A stretch of 62,433 bases of DNA, the filler included, from Chiloscyllium plagiosum (Eukaryota), in NCBI RefSeq assembly GCF_004010195.1. It is 4 parts of one record of this genome, joined end to end, with 100 filler letters (N's around TTAATTAATTAA, not from the genome) between each part and the next. Parts side by side here need not be neighbours in the genome. Positions count along the whole stretch, not along the records: positions 1 to 16,343 come from NC_057717.1; positions 16,444 to 28,546 come from NC_057717.1; 2 more parts are not named here. One strand, given 5' to 3'. A program made the translations under genes and the position numbers. Below the pieces are notes generated by a model. The model made no database searches and was not told where the DNA came from. It worked only from the letters and a program-made list of their open reading frames with translations. Of this stretch, positions 11,421 to 23,881 are shown piece after piece (within the stretch, counting starts at the first letter, position 1; the number at the start of each line of letters is the position of its first letter).

Positions 11421-12710
11421 AGGCGTCTTTCGAACCCAGCCTCTATTTCCCAATAACATTTTCCAACCGACACCAAACCGTGCGTGACATTCTGGAGGGA
11501 ATGAATGATATCCTGTGTTACTGTGGATCAGGTATTTGGAGGAAGTGGCCTCGACCTGCCCTTGCAGCAACGGTGAGGGGTTGAATGGAATACAGGAACA
11601 TAGGGCTGAGCAGCAGGAGTGGGCCATTAGACACTTTGTCACCGTTGCACCATGCACAAAGATCATGGGTGATGTCATTGTGGTCTCAGCGCCACTTCTC
11701 TGTCTGTATATCATTTTCCTAAATTCACTTGTCTGTCAAATGTCACCAAATACAACTTTGAATAAATGTAAACATTCAGGCACCACAAACGTCTGGGGAA
11801 GGGAATTATACTTGAACAGCCCTTTGAAAATTTCTCATTTGTGTTCTAGCCAAAGTTGGAGGGTCATTGTTTCCTTTTTCAGTCCCACTCCTCCACTGGT
11901 TACACCAACCTTAAATGTAACCAGTTTAGTGATGTGACCAATGATATAGGTCTCAGAGTAGGCCATTTTCGAGAGAAATGTGAGACACAGAAAGTTGAAC
12001 TCATAACAAGTGGTAAAATGATAGAGTGCCCTAAACGTTATTCTGCCTTTTAAGTTATTCTGTTCACACAATATACAGGTCGTGGGATTTATTTCTGGAA
12101 CAGTTGGATTTGGCTGAATTCCCATTGATTCAGGCAGTGGAGAGATTCAAATGACTCCTCACCAGGAATCCGTCACAAGTGGTAAAGATAACTGAAGGAT
12201 TTTCTGGTCTCACATTTTGCTATTGGGCGTAACAAAGTAAGAGAGAGGGATCAGTTGGCTGCTGCTTCTCAGCCAGGTAACATTTTACACCCTCACTGTG
12301 TTGGAACATACAATAATATCAACAGAACACCAAATTGGACAATGTGTGCTCTCCTGGAACATTCACTGGAGGACTTGATTATCGATTATATGCAAGTGCG
12401 TCATTCCTTTCCATCGAAAACAAAAACGACCCACTTTTTAATTTGATGACANNNNNNNNNNNNNNNNNNNNNNNNNNNNNNNNNNNNNNNNNNNNNNNNN
12501 NNNNNNNNNNNNNNNNNNNNNNNNNNNNNNNNNNNNNNNNNNNNNNNNNNNNNNNNNNNNNNNNNNNNNNNNNNNNNNNNNNNNNNNNNNNNNNNNNNNN
12601 NNNNNNNNNNNNNNNNNNNNNNNNNNNNNNNNNNNNNNNNNNNNNNNNNNNNNNNNNNNNNNNNNNNNNNNNNNNNNNNNNNNNNNNNNNNNNNNNNNNN
12701 NNNNNNNNNN

Positions 12711-13069
12711 CAGAGTGGGGTGGGGGCGGAGAGGTCAGGAAGAAGATTGCAGGTTAGGAAGGCGGTGCTGAGTTCGAGGGATTTGACTGAGACAAGGTGG
12801 GGGGAGGGGAAATGAGGAAACTGGTGAAATCCGAGTTCATCCAAAGGACCTCTCCGCCCCACCCCACTCTGACCTATCACTCTCACCTTGACCTCTTTCA
12901 ACCTATCACATTTCCAACGCCCCTCCACCAAGTCCCTCCTCCCTACCTTTTATCTTAGCCTGCTGGACACACTTTCCTCATTCCTGAAGAAGGGCTTCTG
13001 CCCGAAACGTCGATTCTCCTGTTCCTTGGATGCTGACTGACCTGCTGTGATTTACCAACAACACATTTT
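12711..13069. mobile_element. Hairpin-shaped Penelope-derived insertion (left end in N gap)
   Basis: Inverted repeat cagagtggggtgggggcggagaggtc / gacctctccgccccaccccactctg around a ~110-nt loop; Penelope terminal sequence. Confidence 0.8.
12980..13015 (+). ncRNA. Minimal hammerhead ribozyme motif in the Penelope terminal repeat
   Basis: attc CTGAAGA a GGGC-ttct-GCCC GAA ACGT C gatt: CUGANGA core, 4-bp helix II, GAAA, palindromic ACGU helix III and a GUC cleavage triplet. Confidence 0.7.
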
Positions 13070-14384
13070 CATTCCTGCAATTAAACCTGACACCGTTTGC
13101 CAAAAACAACATCATTCAACTTACCTCCCACTTGGTGCATCTGCAGACTGACTTCATATGATTCATGTCCCAAGAACATGGCAACCAGCTGTATCACAGA
13201 GTTCTGCAATCTCTCTCCATTTAAATTGTTTACCATTGTTTTATCGTTCATGCTAAAATAGACAACATATCTTATGTCATTTCTGTTGAAGGTTTGCTCA
13301 CTAACTTTCCCTGTCAAAATTGCAATGCAGACTCGCTACTTTCATTTGATGACACATTGAATGGCCATCTTGGTGTAATAGAAAATTGAGCTCCAAATCA
13401 TCACCTCCCCTTCCTCCAGATCTTTGATACAAACTATTGTTCATTAATGACCCCACAGTGATCTCTGAGGCACTCCATCAGTTATAGCTTTGCAGCCTGC
13501 AAATAAACATTTGTCTTTTATTCTCTATTGTCTGTTAGCGATAGCTTTCCTATTCCTGTGTAGCCATTCAGGCAGGTTGAATGACCTCCTCCTGGGCGTA
13601 ATTACATCATTCTAAATTCCTGTGTAATTCCTTAGAGTGGCAGAATGGTCTCCTCCTATCTCATTGTAACGATTCTGTCTGACTGAATGGGGTTGTCCCC
13701 AACCCTGTAACAGTAACAAGGGCTGGAATGAGGGAACAACGTAAGGGTTAGGGGCAGCAGTATATCTCTGTAACTGCCTCAAGGGGTCGATGGGGTAGGG
13801 ACAGAAGTTGCCCATTCGACTCCACAATTCATAATGCTCATGACTGATCCGAGTGTGTCTGACCATCCGTTTCCTGTGTGTTCCCAATAAACACTGAGCC
13901 TTTTGTCCAGCAAAGATCAGTCGAGCTCAGCCTTGAGTATCTTCAATAAACGAGTCTGCACTGCTCCCTTAGGATGAGAACACCACAGGTAGCAGAACAC
14001 TAAAGTCCTTATTTCATTGTGGGACTGTTATTTTAAAGCAGTGTTAACTGAACAACACATAGCCACCTCTTTTCAGACATGAGAACAGGATAATTCGGAA
14101 TAAAGATAAACCATTCCGGACACCAAACCTGTCCCACATTCCCATTGAGTCTTTCCAAACAAATATGTATCACATCCAGCCACTGCTAATATCTCAGGAA
14201 GATAATGCCTGTGAGCGTAATACCGCAGGAGCATTAATGAAATTGAGGCCATTCAGCATATCAAGTCTAAAATTCCGTTCAATAATTTATTTTATGTATT
14301 TCGACCTCATTCTTCTGCCTTCTCCCTAGAATCCTAGATCCCCTTACAAATCAAAAACATATCGATTTGGGTCTGAATGACACT

Positions 14385-14745
14385 CGTGTCTGTGCCTCTG
14401 TGTGTCTGGATGTGTGTATGTGCGTGAGTGTGCACATGTGCTTTTGTATGTTTGCATGTGTGTGTCTGTATGTGTGTGTATGTATGTGTGTGTGTGTGTA
14501 TGTGTCCATGTGCTTGTTATCTGTGTGTTTGTATGTCCACATCTGTCTGTCTGTCTGTGTTTCAGTCTGTATTTTCATCTGTGTTTGTGTCTATTTGTAT
14601 GTGACTGTATATTTCTTTGTGTGTTTCTACGTGTGTGTGTGCCTATCTCATTTTAAGTATTGTGTGTGTTCGTATATTGGGATGTTTAGCAATACCTCTG
14701 TGTATTTCTGTGTCTGGGTCTCTGTGCAGTGAGGTATCTGTGTTT
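14385..14745. repeat. Imperfect (TG)n microsatellite (mirror (CA)n at about 16735-17070)
   Basis: Direct inspection. Confidence 0.95.
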
Positions 14746-14834
14746 TTTTTTGGAAGTGAAAGGACTGTTGTTGGAAGGCCAGCAGGTTTAAAGTGAGAAT
14801 TGCCTTTCACTGAACACTGCTCCTTAATCGGTCG

Positions 14835-15345
14835 GTGGGACATGGATGTTTCAGAATCTCCACACGAGGCGTCCTGGTCCTCTTTGGCTCTTTCAGAGTC
14901 CTCCCCACATGGCGAGGCGAGGGAATGAGGGAAAGGATATCGAGCACTCCACTACCGGGCTTGGCCCTTTCTGTCCTACTCGAGGCTGTTTCGCCTGGAA
15001 TGGGAGAAGGGGAGGGAGGGAGAGTGGGAATGGGTGACCCAGCTGTTAGTGCTGTTGTGGTTGGGGGTGTTGTGAGGTGTCTGGAATGAATCAATCCACA
15101 GTTTTGAATCCATATAGCATTGTTAGTGTGGGGTGTAGTGCCTGAGACTTATTTGGAGGTAGACCATGAACCTTGTTCGGGCGTAGGTGCCACAACAGGT
15201 GTACAGTGCGTGTGAGGGAGCAGAGAGTATATGGTAACTCTTATCCTGACAGAGCGAGGAGGATATTGTTGCTTGTCCTGTAGTGTAGTACATTTCTTCA
15301 GATCACCTCAGCGTCGACGTGAGCCTCCCCGAATGTCTTGTCCAA
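14835..15345 (-). mobile_element. Harbinger Myb/SANT-like ORF2 fossil (exon-1 end, intron, exon 2)
   Basis: The minus strand has tgaagaaatgtac...aggacaagcaacaat...tctgtcaggataag, homologous to 34630-34690. After the pyrimidine acceptor ...cccattccag (exon starts 14994) it reads ETASSRTERAKPGSGVLDI..L, resembling the Harbinger ORF2 motif EK.AHNRRE..KTGGG..DI..L. Mirror exon 2 from 16468 (+). Confidence 0.6.
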
Positions 15346-15889
15346 GTCTATCACTATTAGCGACATAGACCAGTCCCTCAGCTTCCACAGAATCTGTTTA
15401 GGTGGAGCTTTCAGATCGCAAGGAGAAGCAAATTGGTGTGTTATATGTCGAAACCAAAATTGTACGAGAAAATCTGAGCGTCATATGCTCTGGAAATTAG
15501 ATAGATAATTATTGTGGATACCGCAGTCTTATTGGATGGTGTCAACGTTCATCTAAATTGCATTAATTAAGTGACTGCTCAGGCTGTGAAAAATACATTC
15601 TGCAAGTGTATATGAGGTAGGTTGAAGAGTATGTTGTGAAGCAAACTAGAGAGCAGGTTATTTCGTAATTGATGTTGTGTGGTCAGAATAACGAATTATT
15701 AACCTTGGTCTGAAGCAGCATTTAAGGAATAGCGATATTAATAAGGTGCATTTTACACGGTGTCTGCATACAGTGCTTGAACATTCTGGTCAAACATCAT
15801 GGAAGACTGGAGGCAAGAGGGTCAAATTCTCTTCAGTGCATTGGGAAAGTGCATTATAACATTCAGTTGGAGATACGCAATGGTTGTTA

Positions 15890-16343
15890 GAGTCATAGAG
15901 TCCAACAGCATGGAGACAGGCCCTTCGGCCCATCTGGTCCATTCCGACGAACATGTCCATCCACGCTAACCCCATTTCCTTGCTATTGCCGATATCTTTC
16001 TAATCCTTTCCTGAGCATTTATTTGTCCAAATGCCTTTTACATGTTGTGAATGTACCCACCTCAACCTCTTCCGTTGGCACCTCATTCCATATGCGTACC
16101 AGCCCCTGTGTGTAAAACAGTTGTTCCTCAGGTTCCCTTTTATTCTTTCCTCTCTGACATTAAACTGATGCCCTCTAGTCTGTGATTGCCCAAACCTGTG
16201 GAAAAAAAAGACTGGGTGCATTAACTCTGTCCATCTTTCCCATGATTTTATGCACTTCTACCAGATTCCCCCCTCAGTCTCATACACACAAAAGTAAAAA
16301 CTCCTAGCTTGCCCAACCTCTCCCTATAACTGAGACCATTGAG
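15890..16343 (-). mobile_element. CR1 3' end
   Basis: Minus-strand TRGHQFNVREERIKGNLRNNCFT.R (CR1 ORF2 C-terminus) plus the 3' UTR/tail. Confidence 0.85.
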
Positions 16344-16387
16344 NNNNNNNNNNNNNNNNNNNNNNNNNNNNNNNNNNNNNNNNNNNN

Positions 16388-16399
16388 TTAATTAATTAA
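16388..16399. other. Scaffolding linker TTAATTAATTAA within an N gap (also 28591-28602 and 56723-56734); assembly artefact
   Basis: The identical 12-mer, with stops in all six frames, is embedded in N runs three times. Confidence 0.95.
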
Positions 16400-18449
16400 N
16401 NNNNNNNNNNNNNNNNNNNNNNNNNNNNNNNNNNNNNNNNNNNCTCCCTCCCTTTCTCCCATTCCAGGCGAAACAGCCTCAAGTAGGACAGAAAGGGCCA
16501 AGCCCGGTAGTGGAGTGCTCGATATCCTTTCCCTCATTCCCTCGCCTCGCCATGTGGGGAGGACTCTGAAAGAGCCAAAGAGGACCAGGACGCCTCGTGT
16601 GGAGATTCTGAAACATCCATGTCCCACCGACCGATTAAGGAGCAGTGTTCAGTGAAAGGCAATTCTCACTTTAAACCTGCTGGCCTTCCAACAACAGTCC
16701 TTTCACTTCCAAAAAAAAACCCATTCAGATACCTCACTGCACAGAGACCCAGACACAGAAATACACAGAGGTATTGCTAAACATCCCAATATACGAACAC
16801 ACACAATACTTAAAAGGAGATAGGCATACACACACGTAGAAACACACAAAGAAATATACAGTCACATACAAATAGACACAAACACAGATGAAAATACAGA
16901 CTGAAACACAGACAGACAGACAGATGTGGACATGCAAACACACAGATAACAAGCACATGGACACATACACACACACATACAGACACACACACGCAAACAT
17001 ACAAAAGCACATGTGCACACTCACGCACGCACACATCCAGACACACAGAGGCACAGACACCAGTGTCATTCAGACCCAAATCGATTTGTTTTTGATTTGT
17101 AAGGGGATCTAGGATTCTAGGGAGAAGGCAGAAGAATGAGGTCGAAATACATAAAATAAATTATTGAACGGAATTTTAGACTTGATAGGCTGAATGGCCT
17201 CAATCTGTTTATTTCATTAATGCTCCTGCGGTATTACGCTCACAGGCATTATCTTCCTGAGATATTAGCAGTGGCTGGATGTGATACATATTTGTTTGGA
17301 AAGACTCAATGGGAATGTGGGACAGGTTTGGTGTCCGGAATGGTTTATCTTTATTCCGAATTATCCTGTCCTTATGTCTGAAAAGAGGTGGCTATGTGTT
17401 GTTCAGTTAACACTGCTTTAAAATAACAGTCACACAATGAAATAAGGACGTCCTTTTCACTTTAGTGTTCTGCTACCTGTGGTATTCTCATCCTAAGGGA
17501 GCAGTGCAGACTCGTTTATTGAAGATACTCAAGGCTGAGCTCGACTGATCTTTGCTGGACAAAAGGCTCAGTGTTTATTGGGAACAGACAGGAAACGGAT
17601 GGTCAGACACACTCGGATCAGTCATGAGCATTACGAATTGTGGAGCCGAATGGGCAACTTCTGTCCCTACCCCATCGACCACTTGAGGCAGTTACAGAGA
17701 TATACTGCTGCCCCTAACCCTTACGTTGTTCCCTCATTCCAGCCCGTGATACTGTTACAGGGTTGGGGGCAACCCCATTCAGTCAGACAAAATCGTGACA
17801 ATGAGATAGGAGGAGACCATTCTGCCCCTCTAAGGAATTACACAGGAATTTAGAATGATGTAATTCAGCCCAGGAGGAGGCCATTCAAACTGCCTGAATG
17901 GCTACACAGGAATAGGAAAGCTATTGCTAATCGACAATAGAGAATAAAAGATAAATGTTTATTTGCAGGCTGCAAAGCTATAACTGATGGAGTGCCTCAG
18001 AGATCACTGTGGGGTCATCAATGAACAATAGTTTGTCTCAAAGATCTGGAGGAAGGGGAGGTGATGATTTGGAGCTCAATTTTCTATTACACCAAGATGG
18101 CCATTCAATGTGTCATCAAATGAAAGTAGCGAGTCTGCATTGCAATTCTGACAGGGAACGTTAGTGAGCAAACCTTCAACAGAAATGACATAAGATATGT
18201 TGTCTATTTTGGCATGAACGATAAAACAATGGTAAACAATTTAAATGGAGAGAGATTGCAGAACTCTGTGATACAGCCGGTTGCCATATTCTTGGGACAT
18301 GAATCATATGAAGTCAGTCTGCAGATGCACCAAGTGGGAGGTAAGTTGAATGATGCTGTTTTTGGCAAACGGTGTCAGGTTTAATTGCAGGAATGAAAAT
18401 GTGTTGCTGGTAAATCACAGCAGGTCAGTCAGCATCCAAGGAACAGGAG

Positions 18450-18485
18450 AATCGACGTTTCGGGCATAAGCCCTTCTTCAGGAAT
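18450..18485 (-). ncRNA. Minimal hammerhead ribozyme motif
   Basis: Reverse complement reads attc CTGAAGA a GGGC-ttat-GCCC GAA ACGT C gatt. Confidence 0.7.
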
Positions 18486-18720
18486 GAGGAAAGTTTGTTA
18501 CTCAGGCTAAGATAAAAGGTAGGGAGGAGGGACTTGGGTGGGGGGAGGGGAAATGAGGAAACTGGTGAAATCCGAGTTCATCCAAAGGACCTCTCCGCCC
18601 CACCCCACTCTGACCTATCACCCTCATCTTGGCCTCTTTCCACCTGTCACATTTCCAACGCCCCTCCCCCAAGTCCCTCCTCCCTACCTTTTATCTTAGC
18701 CTGCTGAACACACTTTCCTC

Positions 18721-18756
18721 ATTCCTGAAGAAGGGCTTATGCCCGAAACGTCGATT
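18721..18756 (+). ncRNA. Minimal hammerhead ribozyme motif
   Basis: attc CTGAAGA a GGGC-ttat-GCCC GAA ACGT C gatt. Confidence 0.7.
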
Positions 18757-21700
18757 CTCCTGTTCCTTGGATGCTGACTGACCTGCTGTGCTTTACCAGC
18801 AACACATTTTCAGCTCTGATCTCCAGCATCTGCAGACCTCACTTTCTCCTGCTTAATTGCAGGAATGTTTAACTGCATCTGTACAGGGCATTGCTGAGAC
18901 CACACCTGATGCACTGTGTGCAGGTTTGATCCCCTAAACTAAAATGAAAGGATACAATACTTTTAGAAGATTTTCAAAGAGGTTTCCCTTCCTGGAATGC
19001 CTTCCTTTTGTTATGGGGGATTATCAGTTTCGATCTTAGTTAAGAAATAGTATTGAACCATCGATGACTTTCTGAAAAGTGTATCAGCTGGATGCATATT
19101 ATCTCTTGTCAGGGAGACTAAAGCTGGAGAAAAAAAAATAAGAAAAAGATGCATTGATATGACCACACATACTATGAAGACACCTACCAATATTTACAAC
19201 TTACACAGACACATGTAAGCATGTCATCAAATTAAAAAGTGGGTCGTTTTTGTTTTCGATGGAAAGGAATGACGCACTTGCATATAATCTATAATCAAGT
19301 CCTCCAGAGAATGTTCCAGGAGAGCACACATTGTCCAATTTGGTGTTCTGTTGATATTATTGTATGTTCCAACACAGTGAGGGTGTAAAATGTTACCTGG
19401 CTGAGAAGCAGCAGCCAACTGATCCCTCTCTCTTACTTTGTTACGCCCAATTGCAAAATGTGAGACCAGAAAATCCTTCAGTTATCTTTACCATTTGTGA
19501 CGGATTCCTGGTGAGGAGTCATTTCAATCTCCCCACTGCCTGAAACAATGGCAATTCAGCCAAATCCAACTGTTCCAGAAATAAATCCCACGACCAGTAT
19601 ATTTTGTGAACAGAATAACTTAAAAGGCAGAAGAACGTTCAGGGCACTCTATCATTTTACCACTTGTTATGAGTTCAACTTTCTGTGTCTCACATTTCTC
19701 TCGAAAATGACCTACTCTGAGACCTATACCATTGGTCACATCACTAAACTGGTTACATTTAAGGTTGGTGTAACCAGTGGAGGAGTGGGACTGAAAAGGG
19801 AAACAGTTACCCTCCAACCTTGGCTAGAACACAAATGAGAAATTTTCAAGTATAATTCCCTTCCCCAGACGTTTGTGGTGCCTGAATGTTTACATTTATT
19901 CAAAGTTGTATTTGGTGACATTTGACAGACAAGTGAATTTAGGAAAATGGTATACAGACAGAAAAGTGGCGCTGAGACCACAATCACATCACCCATGATC
20001 TTTGTGCATGGTGCAACGGTGACAAAGTGTCTAATGGCCCACTCCTGCTGCTCAGCCCTATGTTCCTGTATTCCATTCAACCCCTCACCGTTGCTGCAAG
20101 GGGCAGGTCGAGGCCACTTCCTCCAAATGCCTGATCCACAGTAACACAGAATATCATTCATTCCCTCCAGAATGTCACGCATGGTTTGTTGTCGGTTGGA
20201 AAATGTTATTGGGAAATAGAGGCTGGGTTCGAAAGACACCACTGGTCTCTTTACAGTGTGTCTCCTCTCTGCACTTTGTGCTTTATTTGTTGGTCATATT
20301 ATAGACCCAGATTCCCTGTGAATACAGCCCCGATACCTCACCCAGAAATGACTCACAAAATACTTTACTCTCTCTAATTGCAACATTCAATAACAAAACG
20401 TTCAGGAAAGTTACAACTATTAACTTTGTAATTGCAGAATATGAGGACATAAGGAACAGGATCAGTAATTCGGACGACCAAGCCATTGTATGTTATCATG
20501 GCTGATCTACTGTTGACATTAACTCCCCTTTAATGCCCAATTCTTCACACCCCTTAGGTCTCTGACAGATCAAAGTTCCATCTACCTCCTCCTTAAATAT
20601 TTTCAGTGATGTAGCTCCAATAACTCTCTCGCCCAGATAATTTCTGACAGTGATTACCCTCTGTGAGAGGAAAACACTTCTTACACAGACAACAGTATCT
20701 ATTGATATGAACAAGAGGTGAACACAAGGGCTCAGAAAGAGTGAATGGTTTTGATATCAGGGCAATATTTGACTGCGGATGGCATTGGGACCACCTACCT
20801 ACTTGAGCTGAATGGGAATCAGGTGAAACCTCCCACTTGTCTAGGTCTTTCAAAGCACAAAGAAAGATGCTTGTGGTCAGTGGCCAACAGTCCTCTCAGT
20901 TCCAAGGACATCTCTGCAGAAAATCCTCAGGTTAACCTCCTCAGCACAAACATCTTCAGCTGCTCCATCAATGTCTTTCCCCATCATAAGAACTGAAGTG
21001 NNNNNNNNNNNNNNNNNNNNNNNNNNNNNNNNNNNNNNNNNNNNNNNNNNNNNNNNNNNNNNNNNNNNNNNNNNNNNNNNNNNNNNNNNNNNNNNNNNNN
21101 NNNNNNNNNNNNNNNNNNNNNNNNNNNNNNNNNNNNNNNNNNNNNNNNNNNNNNNNNNNNNNNNNNNNNNNNNNNNNNNNNNNNNNNNNNNNNNNNNNAG
21201 TTGTAGAACGTGTGCTACTTTAACACGATTTGCTGGCAGTGAGGAGGGAAGCCAAATGTTTTGTGTCAAGTCTCAAGGAGGCATCTTCCATCTCCGAGAA
21301 GACACACCCATGTTCTCCATGGAGGTCAGATGTTGCTGGGAAGAGTAAACTCTTTTATAATAAAGGTCTTGTTGCTGCTGTCGGGATTATGGATTACATG
21401 ACGTTCATTGCAAGATCACACACCAATTGAACTGTATTAATGTTGGGAGCGTTTATTCAAAAGTCTGAACCTCTCTTCTCTCGCTCTGTCTCAATCAAAA
21501 TAAGGAGTGCGTGCGGTTGGGTAGAACGTTCTCAGAGGCTCTTTAACTATTGAGAATCATGTAACCCGAGTGACAAAAAAAGCCATGGAATTCATCTATG
21601 TATCAGTGCCTGTTTAGAACATCATGAGTGATTGTCCACCTCCCTTCAGGTTCAATGCAATCACCTCTTATTCTCTCACTGAGCTTCACTCACTGTTCAT

Positions 21701-22018
21701 GGTGCCATCATCCCAGGGAGTAGTCTGATAAAACTTCAGAGAAAGTCTATCCACAGGACCCCAAATACTGCCTCAACAATACTCTCAAGAATGATCGCAA
21801 TAATCCTTTCTCTCACTTAGACATCGCCATTTTTCCCTGTGCCACAAAAAGCCATTTCTTCTCTATGCACTACGTCTGACATGGAATTTCTAAGTCCCTT
21901 ACATCCGTACGTCAAAATCAACAAAGCTAGCACCAGCGATGCCTATGGAGATATGCAACACTCTCAGGGAGAACTTCAATGAGATTGAATATACACAAAA
22001 TAGGGGATGGTCACTTAC

Positions 22019-22033
22019 CTGAATCGAAATGAG
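22019..22033 (-). other. Mirror copy of the candidate 15-nt microexon
   Basis: acttac ctgaatcgaaatgag ctgtagg: exon and splice signals identical to 9329-9343. Confidence 0.4.
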
Positions 22034-22209
22034 CTGTAGGAATACGGGAAACAGGCAGAGGAAGAGAGCTATCTTTATTTTGTTCTTCTCTCACAGGATG
22101 CATGTCAGCCCTGGTCAGGCCAGCATGTTATGCTGATCTTGAACTGAGTGGCTGGTTCAGCTGTTCCACAGTACAGTAAAGAGTAAAACACATTGCTGGG
22201 GTTTTGTAG

Positions 22210-22882
22210 TGTTGTAACACAGGATAAATTCTCCTGCTTAATTAAAACCAGCCACAGGGAAAACATTTATCCCATGCAGTAATCTGTGATAATTCCAGAG
22301 TCGAAAACTATTAAAAGTAAAACAGAGAATAATAGACGCACGACGATTTACAACTTTTACCTCTAACCTGTCTTTGATCTCCCCCTTCCACAATATAGTC
22401 CGATAAGACTCCTAATTAAGATTTACAAAACAAAGCTTCTTATCTCAAAACCAGGAAGCTTTCAGTTCTTCTCCATATTCCTGTCTTCTTTCCTTCTTGG
22501 GGACTCTGCTTCAGCAGTTACTAATCAATGAAAGTACCTTCAAAATATCTATTTTTCTGGCAGTCTTTGCATGCTGGTAGCTTGGTAGTTTTCCTCTCAA
22601 CTGTTCAATTTTCCACGGTCTTGTACCCCCAAACTATTGGATTGTGTCAAAGGCATTTAAGATTGTCCATATAATAAATTCAAACTTGATTGGAGGTGAG
22701 TATTTTGGTGTACAATTTAAAGTGTTTTGCTGAATTTGTTTTTGAATCGAGACAATGAGCTAATCAAGTTGTTCAACCAAAGATTACATTTTATCTATTT
22801 TTCAGAGCACTTGGTGCTATCAGGTAGTTATTGCTGGCTTTTAAGTCTCTTAAAGGGACAGTACACCCACATGATCATCACA
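22210..22882 (-). mobile_element. Solo LTR (mirror copy of 8479-9152)
   Basis: TGTGATGATC...GTTACAACA on the minus strand. Confidence 0.7.
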
Positions 22883-23497
22883 GAACTCACATGGAAACCT
22901 GACTAGTGAATCATGACACATTGACTTCCCTAAAGGACATGAGGGAAGCAGATGGGTTTTTATAAAAAATGATAATGGTCACTTTTAAATTCCACCAATT
23001 TTCTTCATGAGATTTTCTGTGGTTCTAAATTAGGAGTCAATGGCTTGCCCACCATGAACTGTCTTCCTTTATGTGCAGAGAACAAGTTAAACATTCTCAA
23101 TAGCAATTATTTAGTGACGGATACGTGGTTAGAAGGAACTTAAAACTGTTGTATCCGGATTGTACAAAGTTAAAAATCATGGTTTATTCAGAGGTTGCAC
23201 TGAGATTGAGGACAAGACTGAGATATCATGATGGTGGTATTGGACAGTTTTGGTGGCTGGGGAGGACATGGAGATGTAAATCTGTGAAGGACAAAATGGA
23301 TTATGGAGTTTGACAACAGTCTGGTTTCTTCTCGCATATCAGTGAGTAATTTATAAATAGTAGATAATTAGTTATGATTTATAAGTAAAGGAATTTTTGT
23401 TTGGAACTGAAGACATTGACTTACACTTTCCAAAATTTATATATCATGAGCAGAAATTCAGATCAACCCAGTTTAGTAGACAAATATAATGACTTAC

Positions 23498-23881
23498 CAG
23501 GAACACCAACTATCGTGAGGATGGGATAGTAACCACCTTGAATAATCCAAAGGATATCCTGAATCCGCGATACTCATGATATCCAAGGCCGAGAAATTCA
23601 GTAAAGACCGGAAGAATGTTCCTGTCCATTGTTGGAACATTCCAGCCTAATGTTTTCAGATAATGATCCATTGTTGGAACATTCCAGTCTAATGTTCTCA
23701 GCTCCTGATACATTGTTGTACCATTCCAGTCAAATGTTCTCTGATTTTGATAGATTGTTGTACCATTCCAATGTAATGTTCTCAGATTCTGATCCATTGT
23801 TGGAACAATCCAATCCTAGGTCCTCAGATTTTGATATTTTATTGTAACGTTACAGTCTAATGTTCTCAGATTGTGATCTCT
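23498..23881 (-). pseudogene. GPR139-like: GPR139-like exon 1, second copy, with six diverged 14-aa repeats; disabled
   Basis: RDHNLRTLDCNVTI KYQNLRT*DWIVPT MDQNLRTLHWNGTT IYQNQRTFDWNGTT MYQELRTLDWNVPT MDHYLKTLGWNVPT MDRN, then a 1-nt deletion relative to the left copy, two TGA stops, ...IQDILWIIQGGYYPILTIVGVP and G|gtaagt at 23498. Confidence 0.8.

Larger units (their letters stand above)
7303..15018 (+). repeat. Left arm of a large inverted duplication (partner 16444-24254)
   Basis: Continuous reverse-complement match, e.g. gaaacttgtttatattctgac (7303) vs gtcagaatataaacaagtttc (ends 24254); mirrored ORF pairs 10666-10917/20745-20996, 12255-12446/19227-19418 and 13612-13887/17578-17853. Confidence 0.97.
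18396..18849. mobile_element. Penelope-derived hairpin insertion with a 15-bp TSD, inside a CR1 fragment
   Basis: ttaattgcaggaatg at 18381-18395 and 18853-18867; an inverted copy of the terminal repeat (18396-~18537) faces the forward copy ending ctcactttctcc. Confidence 0.88.

Noticed and set aside
13612..13887. 91-aa ORF kept open in both palindrome arms
   Set aside because: No ATG start, no recognisable domain and several replacement differences; persistence is explained by the recent duplication.
14351..14732. Cys/Val-rich and His/Thr-rich ORFs (also 16734-17112 and 58500-58919)
   Set aside because: Translations of TG/CA/GA microsatellites.
16388..16399. Palindromic TTAATTAATTAA near the centre of the large inverted repeat as a biological site
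   Set aside because: It is surrounded by Ns and repeated identically in other gaps, so it is a scaffolding linker.
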